A stretch of 64,000 nt of DNA. Origin: the human T2T-CHM13v2.0 reference genome, Homo sapiens. Below are positions 36,191 to 50,300 of the stretch, piece by piece (the first letter of the stretch is position 1; each line of letters opens with the position of its first letter). The stretch is from assembly GCF_009914755.1 (NCBI RefSeq), contig NC_060945.1. One strand, 5' to 3'. The notes beneath the pieces are model-generated. The model was given only the letters and a program-made list of their open reading frames with translations. It searched no databases and had not been told where the DNA came from. The position numbers were made by a program, and so were the translations under genes.

Positions 36191-36853
36191 CCTTGAGCTA
36201 AATGGTGATTGAATTATTTAAAATTAAATTGATGAGATCATTTAAGAATATGTGGAAAGAAAGAAATTTACAGTCATTCCTCAGGTATAAATTAAATATT
36301 TTCCACCTCAAAAATCCAATGACATGAGATATAAATGTATAGTTCACATATGTAATACATTTCTCACATGGTTACAGAACCTTTCTGATCTGGCTCCGGT
36401 TGACTTTTCCAGCCTTATCTCATTTCTCCTCCCTCCTTCCAACCCTGTTTTTTCCTCCTCTCCTTAGCTACAGCCTTACTAATCTTCCTACTGTGAGACT
36501 CAAACCCACGCTGCTCTCAGGTCTCAGGGCCTATGTACCAGTAATTCCCACTGCCTGGAATCCCTTGCCCTCATTCTTTGTTGGGTCATTCTGCAGACCC
36601 AGTACTACTTCCTCTTGGGAGCCTTTGTCCATCTCCTCTTCCCCCAATCTCCGAACCCCACCAAGACGTCAGTAGTTCTTGAGCAACCCTCTGCTTAATT
36701 TTCCTGGGATGACCAAAACTAACACTGTCTGATCCGTTGTTCAATCCCCAATCCCTAGAACAGAGCTGCAACATAACAGGAACTATAAATGAATGAATGG
36801 ATAAAGACAGCACTGAAGAACTTGAAATTATAGTTTACACATGTAAACAGTAA

Positions 36854-37199
<346 letters not shown>

Positions 37200-38414
37200 A
37201 AGTTGTTGTTTTTAAAAGATACATTTCAACTCACTTCTCTAAGGTGGGAATACACACAGCCTGCCATCAGTTTGACATAAAACAAAAATTTTACCCTTGT
37301 CGCATGCTAAATTTCTTTTACTAGGTTAAAAAAATGTAGAATCCAAAGAGCTGTAAATGCAAATGACAAATACTGTACAAAATCTATCAAGCAACTATAA
37401 GTCACAACTTGCAAGCTTTCTCCTCAGCAAATGAGTTAAAAGGAAAAATATTTGAAACTTTCTTGGTGGAAAACGAATGACCTTTAAAAATGCCAGCATT
37501 TTCCCCAGAGAATAGATTTGGTCTGAGTTCTTCATTTCTGAAATTGTACAAGATAAGACCTCTTGGTTTGAGAGCCAAACTGCATCCTTCTATGAAGGTT
37601 TTAGATATTTTAAGTCTCCATACAAAACACTCCCCTTATTTTGAGAACAAAAGGAACAATAAGACAGCCTAGGCGGGGAAGAGAAAGAAAGGCCTTGAAA
37701 CAAAGTCCCTGGGAAGGTAAAAACAACAACAAAAATAGTAAGTTAGAGCTCGTGTTAGATCTGATAACTCAAAACTGCACAACGTTTGCCATACATCGAA
37801 AGCAACATGGGAAAACAGAAAAAGAGATCACAAACATTTTTTTGAGTGTCCTAACTTGTAGAACCCCTAAGAATGAATCAAATACACTTGGACAAAGCTC
37901 TTTTTTTCTCTCTCTCCTTCAAGTCACAGACTAGGGGTGTGGGGCGGGGGACGGGGAGTAAGACGGGGTCTCTAATAAATACAAGACCCAGTCTCGGACG
38001 TGTTTATTTGCTGACATTTTAGAAGAAAAATGGGCTACTTACAATTAATGAACCAAACTACCAAACTAAAATCATGAGTAGGAGGAGGAGTAAATGGAAC
38101 TGTCTGGGCGAAGTTTCAGGAAGGTGAAAGCTGGGGTCGCTGAGCCCTCCCCCACCCATAGCTCGGGGCTCTCCAGTCGCTCCCGGCCCCCAGCGCGGAC
38201 TTTCGGGCGCCGACGGCCCAACCATACAGACTTCGCAGGATGTAGCCCCCTTCTCCCCTCTCCAAGAGAGAAAAGTGCTAGGAGACGCAAACCGTATTTC
38301 CGTGTCCGAGCGTTGAAACCTGAGGAGTCGCACGCGGGGCGCCCACACTCGTTCCCGGGGAGCCCCAGCCCGGTCGCCCGCCCCGGTCCCAGCTCCAGCC
38401 CGGGCCTCCCTTAC

Positions 38415-38427
38415 TCTGGGGCTCCAT
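38415..38427 (-). pseudogene. FANK1: FANK1 coding exon 1 copy (Met-Glu-Pro-Gln, phase-1 donor); orphan, exon 2 absent
   Basis: Minus strand reads GCCGACC ATG GAG CCC CAG A|GTAAGG with a strong Kozak context. FANK1 begins MEPQK. The upstream X-box and the U2 pseudogene ~5.9 kb away fit my recall of the FANK1/DHX32 locus. Confidence 0.8.
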
Positions 38428-38503
38428 GGTCGGCTGCTCCCCGGCCTCCGCGGGCGAACGCCCGGACTCCTAACGCCTCTCAGCCAGGTCCGGCGTCGCT
38501 ACG

Positions 38504-38517
38504 GTTGCCCTGACAAC
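38504..38517. promoter_or_regulatory. RFX X-box motif
   Basis: GTTGCCCTGACAAC within the near-palindrome CGGTTGCCCTGACAACCG (consensus GTTGCCATGGCAAC). Confidence 0.75.
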
Positions 38518-38579
38518 CGGGAGGCGGAGTGGGCAGAACCAGAGGGACTGCGAGCGGGAGGGACCAAAAGCCGCAGGAA

Positions 38580-38829
38580 GTGAGGGAGCGCGTGAGGATC
38601 CGCCCGTCGCCGGGGACACTGAGAGAGGGTAGCGGCCAGGTCACCGGCTGAGGACACTGCCCCTGAAGCCCGGTCAGGCGGTCGCGCCCTCCCTGGCGGC
38701 CCCCGCGGCCTGGCAGGACCTGTGCCCCGACGTCGCCGACCCACGGCGTCCGTCGGGCGAGTGGGCCTGCCCGCGGGTAAGGCGCCGGCTCTGGGCCGCC
38801 CTCCCGGGACTCGGGAGGCGCCGCTGCAG
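38580..38829 (+). pseudogene. DHX32: Putative DHX32 upstream non-coding first exon copy
   Basis: Head-to-head with FANK1 exon 1. Candidate donors CGG|GTAAGG (38777) and CAG|GTAACA (38830). No DHX32 coding sequence in the window, and the start is approximate. Confidence 0.5.
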
Positions 38830-41499
38830 GTAACAGCTGGGCCCCGGCGGCGGAAGGGGTTGGGGGTCGGCGCAGGGGCGGGCGCGCCCCGAGCCGGGTG
38901 GGTGGCCCCCGCGCACCTGTTGTAGCCGCCTGGGGGTCCCCTGCCCGCAGTTGGCCGTGGACGTTCCCCGCCCCGAATCCGAAACGCCGAGGGCGGCCTC
39001 CGCGCCTCCTGCTCCGGGAGCCACGCCTCAGCGGGAGGACGGAGCCCTGCGGGCAGCCCTCGCACCAGGACCTCCCTCGGAGCCCGGGCATGGGCCGGGC
39101 CTGGGGTGGTCCCTCGAACCCCCCTGACGGGAAGCGTGGAGCAATGCGAGCCGCTGCCGTCGTCGCTGTTGTCCCCAGTGAGCCGGGAGCGCCTCCTGAA
39201 TCGCGAGAGCCAAGAGCACGGCTTTGCCGTCATCCCCGTGTCCCATTTCAGGCAGGGGGCCCGGGTTGGATCTTTGTCGCTGGCTACGTTTTGTGTGTGT
39301 TGATTTGTTTCAGTCCTTCGCGTTTCCGGTTGAGTTACGGAATCTGCCCACACGTTTTGTGGCCAAACTTTGTAGGGCTGTGAAACAATGTAACATTATC
39401 TCACACAATAGTCTTTCATACTGGTTTTAAAACACAGTGATGCAGGGTTTGCTTTAAGGAAGCTTTGAGGATCACAAGGGATTATTATCTGGTAGGTTGT
39501 AAAAATTCAAACAACCGGGAGAGTGTCATAGGTTCTGGAACACCGGAAGGAGGAAAGAAAAATGGAGAGGAGAGAAAAAGGATAAGCAAGAAAGTGCAGG
39601 GGCATTAAGGGTGTGGGGGGCTGCAGGATTGATTTGGTACTCAGGTCTGGAGATTATGGCCCCTCTATTAATTCCAACCGCTGCTCCAGACAGTACTTGA
39701 GGGAAATGGAAGGAAGAGCCGTTTTGGGGGTCATGCAAGTGATTACTAATCTTGCCAGTATAAAGATTTCCACTCCATGGATGACAAGGACACTAAGGAG
39801 AATTACTTTCCTCTTAGAAAGGGAATCATTGAGAGGTTAATTGAACTTGAGAAGCATATATTCTGTGATGGAAACTGACATTTATTATATTCTTCCAAAT
39901 TAGGTTTTCCCCCTCTTAGACTATATGGGGACTTTTTCAGATTAATTGTCAAAACAAGAAGGTTTACGTGTGGATATTGACTAGCAGCGTGATATATACA
40001 GAACACATAATTCTCAAGCTGAAGTATTAAGGTAATAAATTAAGGGTGGAAAGTAAACACTTCATGGAACCTTAACTCCCTGTTCCTGAAATTTGGAGAC
40101 AGGGGCTTCATTTTTAGACAGAAAGTATCTAAAGATCAGCAGTACTTCTGTATCCAGTGGTTCTCAAGTTCTAGTTTACATATCATTAGCAAAATCACAA
40201 AGCGATCTTTTCATTCAAGATACAAATAGAGTGATCAGTATATCATAATCAAAAGTGACAAGATAGTGATTTAAAAAACACCTGGTATTTATTGACAAAA
40301 GAAAAGGTAGGATTAAGGCTGCTCAAACAGTAAAGGATTAGCATTAGTATTTTTTAAAAAAGAAGAAACAACAGTTCAGGTCTCTATGCTAAAGTAGTAA
40401 GGACTGAAGAAGTTTTAAGTTTGGAAAAAATGGAGATATGTATTGGTGAAACACTGTAATCATATAGAATGATTATTTTATCAGCAGCTGTGAAGTTGAC
40501 TTTGAGGAAATTTTGAATTGAAATACTTTAGGTGACAAGTAAAGGCAACTGTGAAAAGCAACATTTGATTTTAGCGGACAGGGTACCTGTGGAAGAAGAC
40601 TGGTTAGGAGTGGAAGTGAGGTGTAAAGGCACTGAAATGTCTGAGGCAGGGACAATATTCAGTTTCTCTTCCTCTATCACCTAGTGCAATGTACTTGTTA
40701 AACGTTTGTTGAATGAGTGAGAAGGACTTTAGAGAAATTGCTTTGGATATAGGGATACACTTTACTATTGGAGAAAACACCCGAGATCAGAAAGTTGCTA
40801 ATGAGATAGGTGTGGGGGATGAATGGTAAAGACACTGATTGTACCTTTTTGGAGTTTTCTACCATTGTGTTTTATTTCTTTTCACCGGCATGTTCAGTAT
40901 GTTATTAGTGGTCAAATGAAAAGGAATAAAGTTCTATATATATTTTTTTAAGTCTCCAAGCTCATTACTAGATAGAATAGTTACATTATTGTTTACTTTG
41001 CTGATGTTTAGCTAAATGTAGCAAACTGAAGCATTATGGATCGGGAATAACAAAGCAACAATGAAGAAACAGATGTTGTCTTTTTCTTATTTAAATCTCT
41101 TGACTACCTAGAATTCAACGTAGAAATAACTTTAGTGGGAGGTTAACATTATTTAATGCAAATAGGTTGATAAAAATGTAGCAAATGAACATGTTATTAA
41201 TAGTTCTGTCTTCTAGCCTTACTGTGGTAAGTTGAAGGAAGTTTTCATTTTTGTTTTTGTTGGTTTTAGGGTTTTTGTTGGTTTTTGTTTTCTTTACCAG
41301 AGTGAGGGTACTTTTTTCTCTATCTGATACTTTCTGAAACTCTTAAGGAGTTCGGTCAAAAGTGGAAAACAATCAAATTTCTATTTTTGGTGTTTTCCTC
41401 TTTGTTCTCCAAACTTGTCATGGTCTACATTCAATGTGTTGCACTCACATGGAATGTCTGTCTCTCAGACCTTTACTCGTCCACAGTCTAAAGGAGACT

Positions 41500-41897
<398 letters not shown>

Positions 41898-42399
41898 CTA
41901 CTGGGGGTGCTACACGGTTTAGCATTTAGCTCTGTAGGATGCTTTCGTATAGAATTTTATCTCATATGGATGGGTCTTGTACCTCTGACTAGATTAAATA
42001 TGTTTGGAGCTAAGTGCATGACTTACGCTTCTTCTGTGTTGCTTTTAGCACACTGTGGGCTTCATTCTGTACCTGATAATTTAAGTAGGGTAATAATAGA
42101 GAGGTCAAACCTTTAGTTTGGGGTCATTGCATTAATTTCTAGCTTTGCCCCTTTGGAAAAACAGAAACTCTTATTTTGTCATTGATAACTTGGGATAATA
42201 ACACCTGCAATGGTTGTCTGATAGTCTAGTTGTGAGAATCAAGATAAATGTGATTATAGATTATGAATGAAAATATCTTGTATGTCGTAATGAACTTTTT
42301 TAATATAAAGGGCTGTTATTGACTTAGGCATAGAGCAGATATTGATACCACATTCACAATGTCTTAGGTACTTCCTGGGCTCTGGAATTGCATGTCATA

Positions 42400-43290
42400 A
42401 AGGGTGAACAGGAAATGACCAGGTGCTTCTGAAGCAGAACAGCCTGGGCTGAGGCACGAAGGCCGGGAGAACAACTAAGCCATGGTTTATTCTGGCTGAA
42501 CTGGAGAATACTTCTTCATGTGTATTAGCAGAAAATGGGAGGAAGTAAGGCCAGAAAGGCAAATGTGGGCCAAATCAGAAGGAACCTAAGGACCATGAGT
42601 TTATCTTCCTTAAAGGTAATAAGGAGGATTTGGGTCAGTGACTGGATCAGTTTTGCATTTGGAAAGGATCACTGGCAACACTCAAATGACAGATTGGTAG
42701 AGAGCCTAAATGGGAGACAAAAAAATTGGAGATGTTGCTGAACCTCAGTGAAGAAATGAAGAGAACTAGGAGAGCGACGGTGGGAATAAGAAGGAGGGGC
42801 CACTAAAAAAGGTAGAATTAGCAGATCTTGGTGATACAGGAGATGAGGAAGGAGAAGCCAGGGATGACAGTGGGGTGATAGAGTGGATCATTCTGTTATT
42901 CATTGAACTCTAAAGAAGAAAAAAAAAATTTTGAGGAGTTTAAGAAGTGGGGTAGATGTGTTCAGTTTGAGAAGCCTGTCATATATGTTGGGAGGTCCCA
43001 TAAGTAGTAGTAGTTGGACATGTGGGTCTGGAACTAAAGGAAAAAAGTCTGAGATGAAGATAGAAATTTGGATTAAGCATTTAGTGATTGAAGTTAAAAT
43101 GTGATGATTTTCTCCAGGAATATTATGTGGAATAAGAGGGTAAAGGATAGAGCCCTGAAGTATGCACATTTTACGTTGTGGGGAGGGGCTGATGGTGGAA
43201 GAACCCGCGGAGACTAAGGACCAATGGTCAGAAAAGGGGGCTGAAAATCTGGGAGGATTAATGGAAGAGTGCCTACTCCTGAGGAGTTCA
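42400..43290 (-). mobile_element. L2 fragment(s)
   Basis: GGAAAGGATCACTGGC..GTTCAGTTTGAG..GGATAGAGCCCTGAAG pattern. Confidence 0.65.
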
Positions 43291-44326
43291 TGCATTGGCA
43301 TTCCCCAAAATGATTATATTTTCCTCTAGCCACCGTAGAACGCACAACACAGTTCATCTATTATTGTTTTATTAAAGTTCATGTAAAATGACTACCCATT
43401 ACTTTGTTAACAACAGAAATCTTGTTATTTATGTTTAAAAATATTTTTTAAAACATTTTTAAACAGATTTTTTAGATACAGAGTCTTGTTATGTTGCCTA
43501 GGCTGGTCTGGAACTCCTGGGCTCCTCCAGCCTCAGCCTTCCAAAGTGCTGGGATTCCAGGCATGAGCCACTGTGCCTGTGGCTATTTATGGGTTTTTTG
43601 TCTACATTTGGGACAACAAATCAAGTAAAATGTAACTTTAGAAGTTGATTATGATTATGCCTCAAGCAAATACTTTAAAAAAAAAAGAGAGAGAGAGAGA
43701 TGGATAAAAGTTAATTTTGTGTATGTCTCAGGTAAAGTATGTTAACTTGGGGAGACCAGCAGTAACCTGTTCTTTAAATCTCAGCTTTTATTGAATCTCA
43801 CACAAAATTTTTCTCAGATATGTCACTAGACTACTTAAATAAGCCAGATTAGTATTTTTGCATACTTTATTAACTCTGCTTCTACTCAGAGTAAATTAGT
43901 TTTTGGAATGGAATGCAGTCAAAAAAATCATCAAAATAATATCACAAAGCACTGAGTGGTCCAGTCATTTGAACTTCTGACAATACCTTTGACTTAGAAA
44001 CCTATTTGTGGGGAGTGGTATATTAATACTATACATAAACATTGATTGAGCTCGGGGGGACTTTCTGTATATACATTTAAAAATATGTTTTTTTTTAATA
44101 GAGACAGGGTCTCACTGTGTTACCCAGGCTAGTCTCAAACTCCTGGGCTCAAATTACCCTCCCCACTTGGCCTCCCAAAAGGATGGGATTACAGGCATGA
44201 GCCACTGCCCGAAGGCTAAAATTTTTTTAAGTACCATTAGAATGTAAGGATTCTTTTTAAAAAATTTGATTGTGCAGGGTTGGTTATTCAACCAATATGC
44301 AATACAATATTCAATACTGTATATTC

Positions 44327-44386
44327 ATCACTTCTAGGCCTTTTGGCTAAGATCAACTGTAGTATCTGTTGTTATTAATATAATAT
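44327..44386 (+). pseudogene. RNU2: U2 snRNA retropseudogene, 3'-truncated and tailless (~nt 1-60)
   Basis: ATCACTTCTAGGCCTTTTGGCTAAGATCAACTGTAGTATCTGTTGTTAT versus U2 ATCGCTTCTCGGCCTTTTGGCTAAGATCAAGTGTAGTATCTGTTCTTAT. Flanking repeat AATAYTGTATATTCA. Confidence 0.92.
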
Positions 44387-44964
44387 TGTATATTCAACCA
44401 ATTGTCAATACAAGGCTGGTTGTATCTGATATGAACCAACATTGAGTTAAAAATGGACCTTTTTTTTTTAAAAAAAAAGCTAATTAACTAGATTTGCTTA
44501 CTTAAAATCAAAGCAATCAACTCGTTACAAGTCTAGAAATAAGGATTTTAAAATAAATTTTGAATTTTGACCTTATCTTTTCCCAGAAAGACTTTAAATT
44601 GATACTGGAAACCAAATAGGATATATTTTGGGAGATTTGAGGCTATTAAAACAAAGGCAAACAAAGAAGTGACCTTCTAAAAGTCCTAGTAATGATTAGG
44701 TCCATTGTTTCAATTAAACCATACCGTGCTTGAGAGATAAAGTGTATTAAATATTTGACTGTAACTTTGTATTAGAAATGTTTTTAAAATCTATAAAAAA
44801 GATTTACCAATCTATCTATACCATGTTTTTCAGTTTTATGGTATTTCTTCCAGACCTCTCTTCCTGACATCTCCATTAGTGTCAAGTATTTCTTCAACCC
44901 CCAGTGATGCAACGTGAGTCTATTTTTTAAAATGTAGTCTGGAAGCAATATGTAATATAGTCAG

Positions 44965-45270
44965 GAAGCAGTATGGATATATGGTTAAGTATATACACTA
45001 TACACTTAACTGAGGTTAAGCAGAGATCATAGTGCCTGACTTGAAGCACCTGCTCTACCACAGATGATCTTCTAGAAGCTGTATAAATTAAACCTCTGAA
45101 GGTTTACATTTCCTCATTTGAAAAATGGAAATAATAAAGTAAACCCTCATGAGGTCCTTAAGAGTTTAAATGAAATAATCCATATAAAGTGCTTAAGTGC
45201 TGAACATAGCATCTGGTATGCAATAATCACTCTATAAATGCTAATTGGTAAAATTATCATCATTGTTATT
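44965..45270 (+). mobile_element. MIR
   Basis: TTTCCTCATTTGAAAAATGGAAATAATAA..ATAAAGTGCTTAAG core. Confidence 0.7.
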
Positions 45271-45939
45271 GTTAGTCCAACTATAGTAGTAGCATGGAAC
45301 CAGGATTCTGAAAAGTGTGGCCTGCAGATCAGGGTCAGTGCAGACTTACTGGTTTGCAGTGAGATCTGGAGCTTGTGCCAGAATGTAAATAGGCGATGTC
45401 ACTAAACATACTGATTACTGTTCAGCTGACTTTTTAAAAATAGCAAGACCTCTTCAGTGTAGGAAGCAGTTAGTTGATTTACATTCTGGTGCAAGCTCTT
45501 TACCTTGCCACAAACCAGCAGCAGAGTTGACATGGAGTATTGGACCAATGATCCCACTCTCCAAAAAATAATAGTCCTTTATTCTGAAGACGTTATTATT
45601 CACTCATAATACCTCATTAACTTTCTTTTTTTCTAAACATTGTAATAATAGATTATAAGTATATTGTTTATGAGTTCAGCAGATATTTATTGATCACATA
45701 GTTTGTGCACAGCCCTGTATCTTATTTTGCAGGAGTTGCAAAGCTGGCTCAGAAATTAATCTTGCCTTTAGGAAGTCTACCATAAACCCGCAAGAGGAAA
45801 TAAGTGAAAATCTAAATAAATGTGTTGAATATATGCAGTGATTGTTTGCAATAGTGTTATAGCTTGGTTCCAAAGATTTCAATATAGACAGATGTTTCCT
45901 TTTGCTGAGCTGCTACCAGAATAGGACAGAATTAATTAT

Positions 45940-46237
<298 letters not shown>

Positions 46238-46581
46238 TAATACCTTTTACGTTTTCAGCATTATGCTATCACAATAAAGTTCAGAGTTTGCTTTATTAAG
46301 ATAGTGTTTGAATCTTCTAGGAGATTCAGAAACCTGCAGTACTAGGGAAATCTGAGTTTTAGATATAATAACAAAATTATAACTTTTAAAGATTTGTATT
46401 GTAGAAGATTATCCTTAAGTGTTTTTTAAATTATTAATTTACTATTTCACCCTTCATGCAAATATATGAATTATAAATGATTGATTGTTCCATAGAATAT
46501 GAAGAGATATTAAATAAATATTAAAATATTTATAAAGTTTTGGTTAAAATGAGCACAATTTCTTCTCGAAAAAATTCACTG

Positions 46582-46793
46582 CCAGCCTGGGCAACATAGG
46601 GAGATACTGTCTCTACAAAAATAAAAAAATAAAAATTAGCCAGGCATGGTGGTGTGTTCGTATAGTCCCACTATTGGAGAGACTGAGTCAGGATGATCAA
46701 TTGAGCCCAGAAGTTGGAGGCTGCAGTGAGCTATAATCATGCCACTGCACTCCAGCCTGGGCGATGGAATAAGACCATGTCTTTAAAAAAAAA
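46582..46793 (+). mobile_element. AluJ, 5'-truncated
   Basis: CCAGCCTGGGCAACATAG...GGAGGCTGCAGTGAGCTAT. Confidence 0.8.
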
Positions 46794-48519
46794 TGCATTG
46801 CTCAAACAGATAATGTTGAAACAAATTCTGGAGTAATATAAACATAATAATTTTTAAAAGGCAAGGCATGTATATTTTACATATAAATATGTATATTATA
46901 TAGTATAGGGTTTACAAACTATGAGTCAGATCATGAGCAGATTTATTTTTGCAGACTAATTTACTGTTGAGTGGGCTTAGGGAAAAAAGGAAAATAATGC
47001 AAAATGTTCAAGTCCAGAAATGTTATTTCATTTTTAATATTTCTTAGAATGTTTTGCGTGGAAGTGGATGTATTGGTTTCTCTTATTGCCATGCTTGGTG
47101 CACCTGCTCGTAATCACTTTTGTTGTGCCTTTTGCCATAAATTGTTACCTAATCTCACTAATGACTTTAAGAAAATTGAAGGTGGGTGTTAGAAAGATTA
47201 TAGGTAATATTAAAGAATATAAGGCAGGCATGGTGGTGTGTACCTGTAGTTCCAGCTACTCGGAAAGCTAAGGCAGGAGGATCACTTGAGCCCAGGAGTT
47301 GAATACAGCCTGGGCAACACAGACTCTGTCCCTGTTTCTAAAATTAAAAAAAATAGACACACAAACACATACAATGTAAAATAAGGAAAAGAGAGTAACC
47401 CGAAATTTAAGAGGAAAATTATAAGGAAAAACAGAGTAAAAAATGAAATTTGGATCAAGAAATGACTAGGTAAGTTAGACCCATGGCACTGTAATCACAA
47501 CTTTTTTACCATAGCAGATCAGGTATTTTGCGATCTGTCCCCTATCTCATCTTTGAACCCATCTTGTACCAAAGTCTCTCTCAAATTAGGTACCAGCCAC
47601 CCTTGCCTTCTTTTAGGTAATTGTCTGTAAGGTTGAGTCTACATATCATAGTCAAAGAATTTATATTTCCACACCCCACCCTCAGCCTCACCTAACCAGA
47701 CCTGCCTGTACAAACTGTGTCCCTACCACACATAGTAGGACCTCAAGTATTGGTTGAATAGGTAAATGGAAAACCCAAAAATGGAGGCATTAAGGATGAG
47801 AAAACTTGAGGACACAGAAGACCTATTAGATTATGAATGATATCGATGATAAAATACTATCAGATGTTGCTCTTAGAAGCATATGATCCCTAAAGGATAA
47901 AAAATGACTAATTTATTATTTACTCAGCCCGTAATTATTAATTAGTCACTCACTATATTTGGATTTAGGAGTGGAAATTACCAGTGAAGAAGGTATAGCT
48001 CCAATAACAGTGTAAGTAAAGAGACAGACATGGGGAAAAGATAATCACTAGTACAAACGGTTCAAGAGTCCCCTCATACTTGATGTTGCCTCCTCAGCAT
48101 CTGCAATTTACAAGCGGCCCCACAAAGATCAATGATCTGCTAGAGCAAGGGTGATACATGCCATTGTCTGAATCTCAGTGCAGCTTTGTACTTTTCAACA
48201 TAATAACTCTTCTGAATTGATCAAGAAGAAAGCAGCTTTAATAAATGTTGAAAGGAGTTAATTTGGGGTTTGGATGTATGATTCAAGGGACGACCAGGAG
48301 CCTCTACAAATATTCCAGTTTGTGGGTTTGTGAGTCTTAAAGAATTCTAAGAATAGCAAGAGTCTATCATATATCATAAACAGAAGGGAACAAAAAAGTC
48401 ACATAAATCCAGAAACATAGTGAATTCCTGATAGAAGTGTTTAAACTCTATGCAGCAGTAGTAAACTAGCTTGAACTTAGCTAAGAGTGAAATAATGAAG
48501 GATGTAACTATGCAAGATA

Positions 48520-49085
48520 GACTGAAGTGGAGACACTAAGTCCCTGCTTCATAGAGCTCACATTCCGGTGAAGGGCACCAACAGAAAACAAAGAGGGAAA
48601 ATATATACATTATGTTAGGTGGTGGTCTTAAGTAGAAAAAATGAAGCAGTTAAAGAGGTTAGGAAGTGGTTTTTGGGAGTGTGGGAGAGTGTTAAAAGTT
48701 TAGATAGGGTGGCCAGGGAAGCCTTTACTGAGCTGCCATTTGGTAACAACCTTTATGCAGCAAGGAAGCTAGCCATTTGGATATCTGAGGGAGGAACATT
48801 TCAGACATACAGAAGGGTGAACACCAAGTCCCAGAGGCAGGCATCTGCCATGGTGTTTGAGGAATAGCAGGGGAGCCATCAGGCTAGGGAAGACTGAAGT
48901 AGGAGCTGTTGCAAATGAGGGCGGAGAGGCGATGGGTCCAGATCATAAAGTGATTGTTGGTCCTCTTAAGGATTTTGGTTTTTCCTCAGAGTGAGATGAG
49001 ATGGGAAGTATTGGAGACTATTGAGCAGAGGAGACATGAGCTGACTTTAATAGGATGACTCTGACTGCAGGCTTGAGACCTGACT
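48520..49085 (-). mobile_element. L2 fragment
   Basis: GTCCCTGCTTCATAGAGCTCACATTC..GGTGTTTGAGGAATAGCAGG..GAGCAGAGGAGACATGA. Confidence 0.75.
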
Positions 49086-49104
49086 GTAAAAACAAATGTT
49101 TTTC

Positions 49105-49960
49105 TCTTTTTTTTGTTTTTTATTTTTTGATACAGAGTCTCGGGGAACTCCAGCTCTGTTCCCCGGGCTGGAGTGCAGTGGCCCAATCTCAGCCCACTGC
49201 AACCAACGCCTCCTCTGTTCAAGGGATTCTCCTGCCTCAGCTTCCCAAGTAGCTTGGATTACAGGTGCGTATCAGCATGCCTGGATAATTTTGTACATTT
49301 TTATAGAGATGGGGGCAGGTCTTGCTATGTTGCCCGGGCTGGTCCCAAACTCCTGGTCTCCAGTGATCCTCCCGACTTGACCTTCCAAAGTTCTAGGATT
49401 ACAGGCATGAGCCACGTCTCCTGACCATTTATTTTATTTTATTTTTTTTCTTTTTTAGAGATGGGGATCTCACTATGTTGACCAAGCTGGCCTTGAACTC
49501 CTGGCCTAAAGTGATCTTCCCATCTCAGTCTCCCAAAGTGCTGGGATTACAGGCATGAGCCACTGTGCCTGGTCTCTTTGTTTTTGTCAAGTTTCTGAGG
49601 TGTAAGTGTTCTTTATATACTCGATATTAAGCAAGACCATGTCTCTTAAAAAAAAAAAACTGATATGGCCAAGCGCAGTGGCTCATGCCTGTAATCCCAG
49701 CATTTTGGGAGGCCAAGGTGGGTGAATCACCAGAGGACAGAAGTTCAAGACCAGCCTGGACAACCTGGTGAAACCCGATCTCTACTGAAAATACAAAATT
49801 AGCCGGATGTGGTGGTGCATGCCTGTGATCCCAGCAACTTGGGAGGCTGAGGCAGGGAGAATAGCTTGAATTTGGGAGGCAGAGGTTGCAGTGAGCTAAG
49901 ATCATGTCACTGAACTCCAGCCTTGGACAACAAGATGGAAACTCCATCTCAAAAAAAAAA
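49105..49960. mobile_element. Alu cluster: Alu (49105-49425, -), FLAM (49430-49573, -), AluS (49667-49960, +)
   Basis: Three Alu-family elements. Confidence 0.82.
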
Positions 49961-50300
49961 GCTATTAGTCCCTTACCAGATATATGATTTGCAAATATTT
50001 TCTTACATTCTGTAGGTTGTCTTGTCTTGATAGTGTATGTTATTCTTTTTTATGCTTTTATTTTTTGTTCTTACTGTTCCATCTTTTATTTGTGTAAGCA
50101 CTTTAAGTAATATTATTTTGCATGCTATATAATCATTCAAGTGCCTGAAATCCAACTCGCCCTCTTTTTTTTATTGACTCTTCCTCATGACGGATTATTT
50201 CTTCATATATTTTGTAACTTTTGTTTGACTGGTCTTAAGTTATCAAAATTGAGAAAGATTCTTTGCTTGGTGAAACTTTGGTCAGACTCCTAACCTCCTC

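Larger units (their letters stand above)
38130..39350. promoter_or_regulatory. CpG island: duplicated FANK1/DHX32 bidirectional promoter
   Basis: Very GC- and CpG-rich ~1.2 kb. X-box at 38504-38517, GC box GAGGCGGAGT at 38521-38530, ETS motif CAGGAAGTG at 38574-38582, and splice donors on both strands. Confidence 0.88.

Noticed and set aside
38058-39430. Overlapping 116-284 aa Pro/Arg/Gly-rich ORFs
   Set aside because: Expected from stop-codon scarcity in a CpG island. Open on both strands with no recognisable domain.
44327-44386. Functional U2 snRNA gene
   Set aside because: Only about a third of U2 is present, with substitutions. No Sm site, PSE or 3' box is recognisable.
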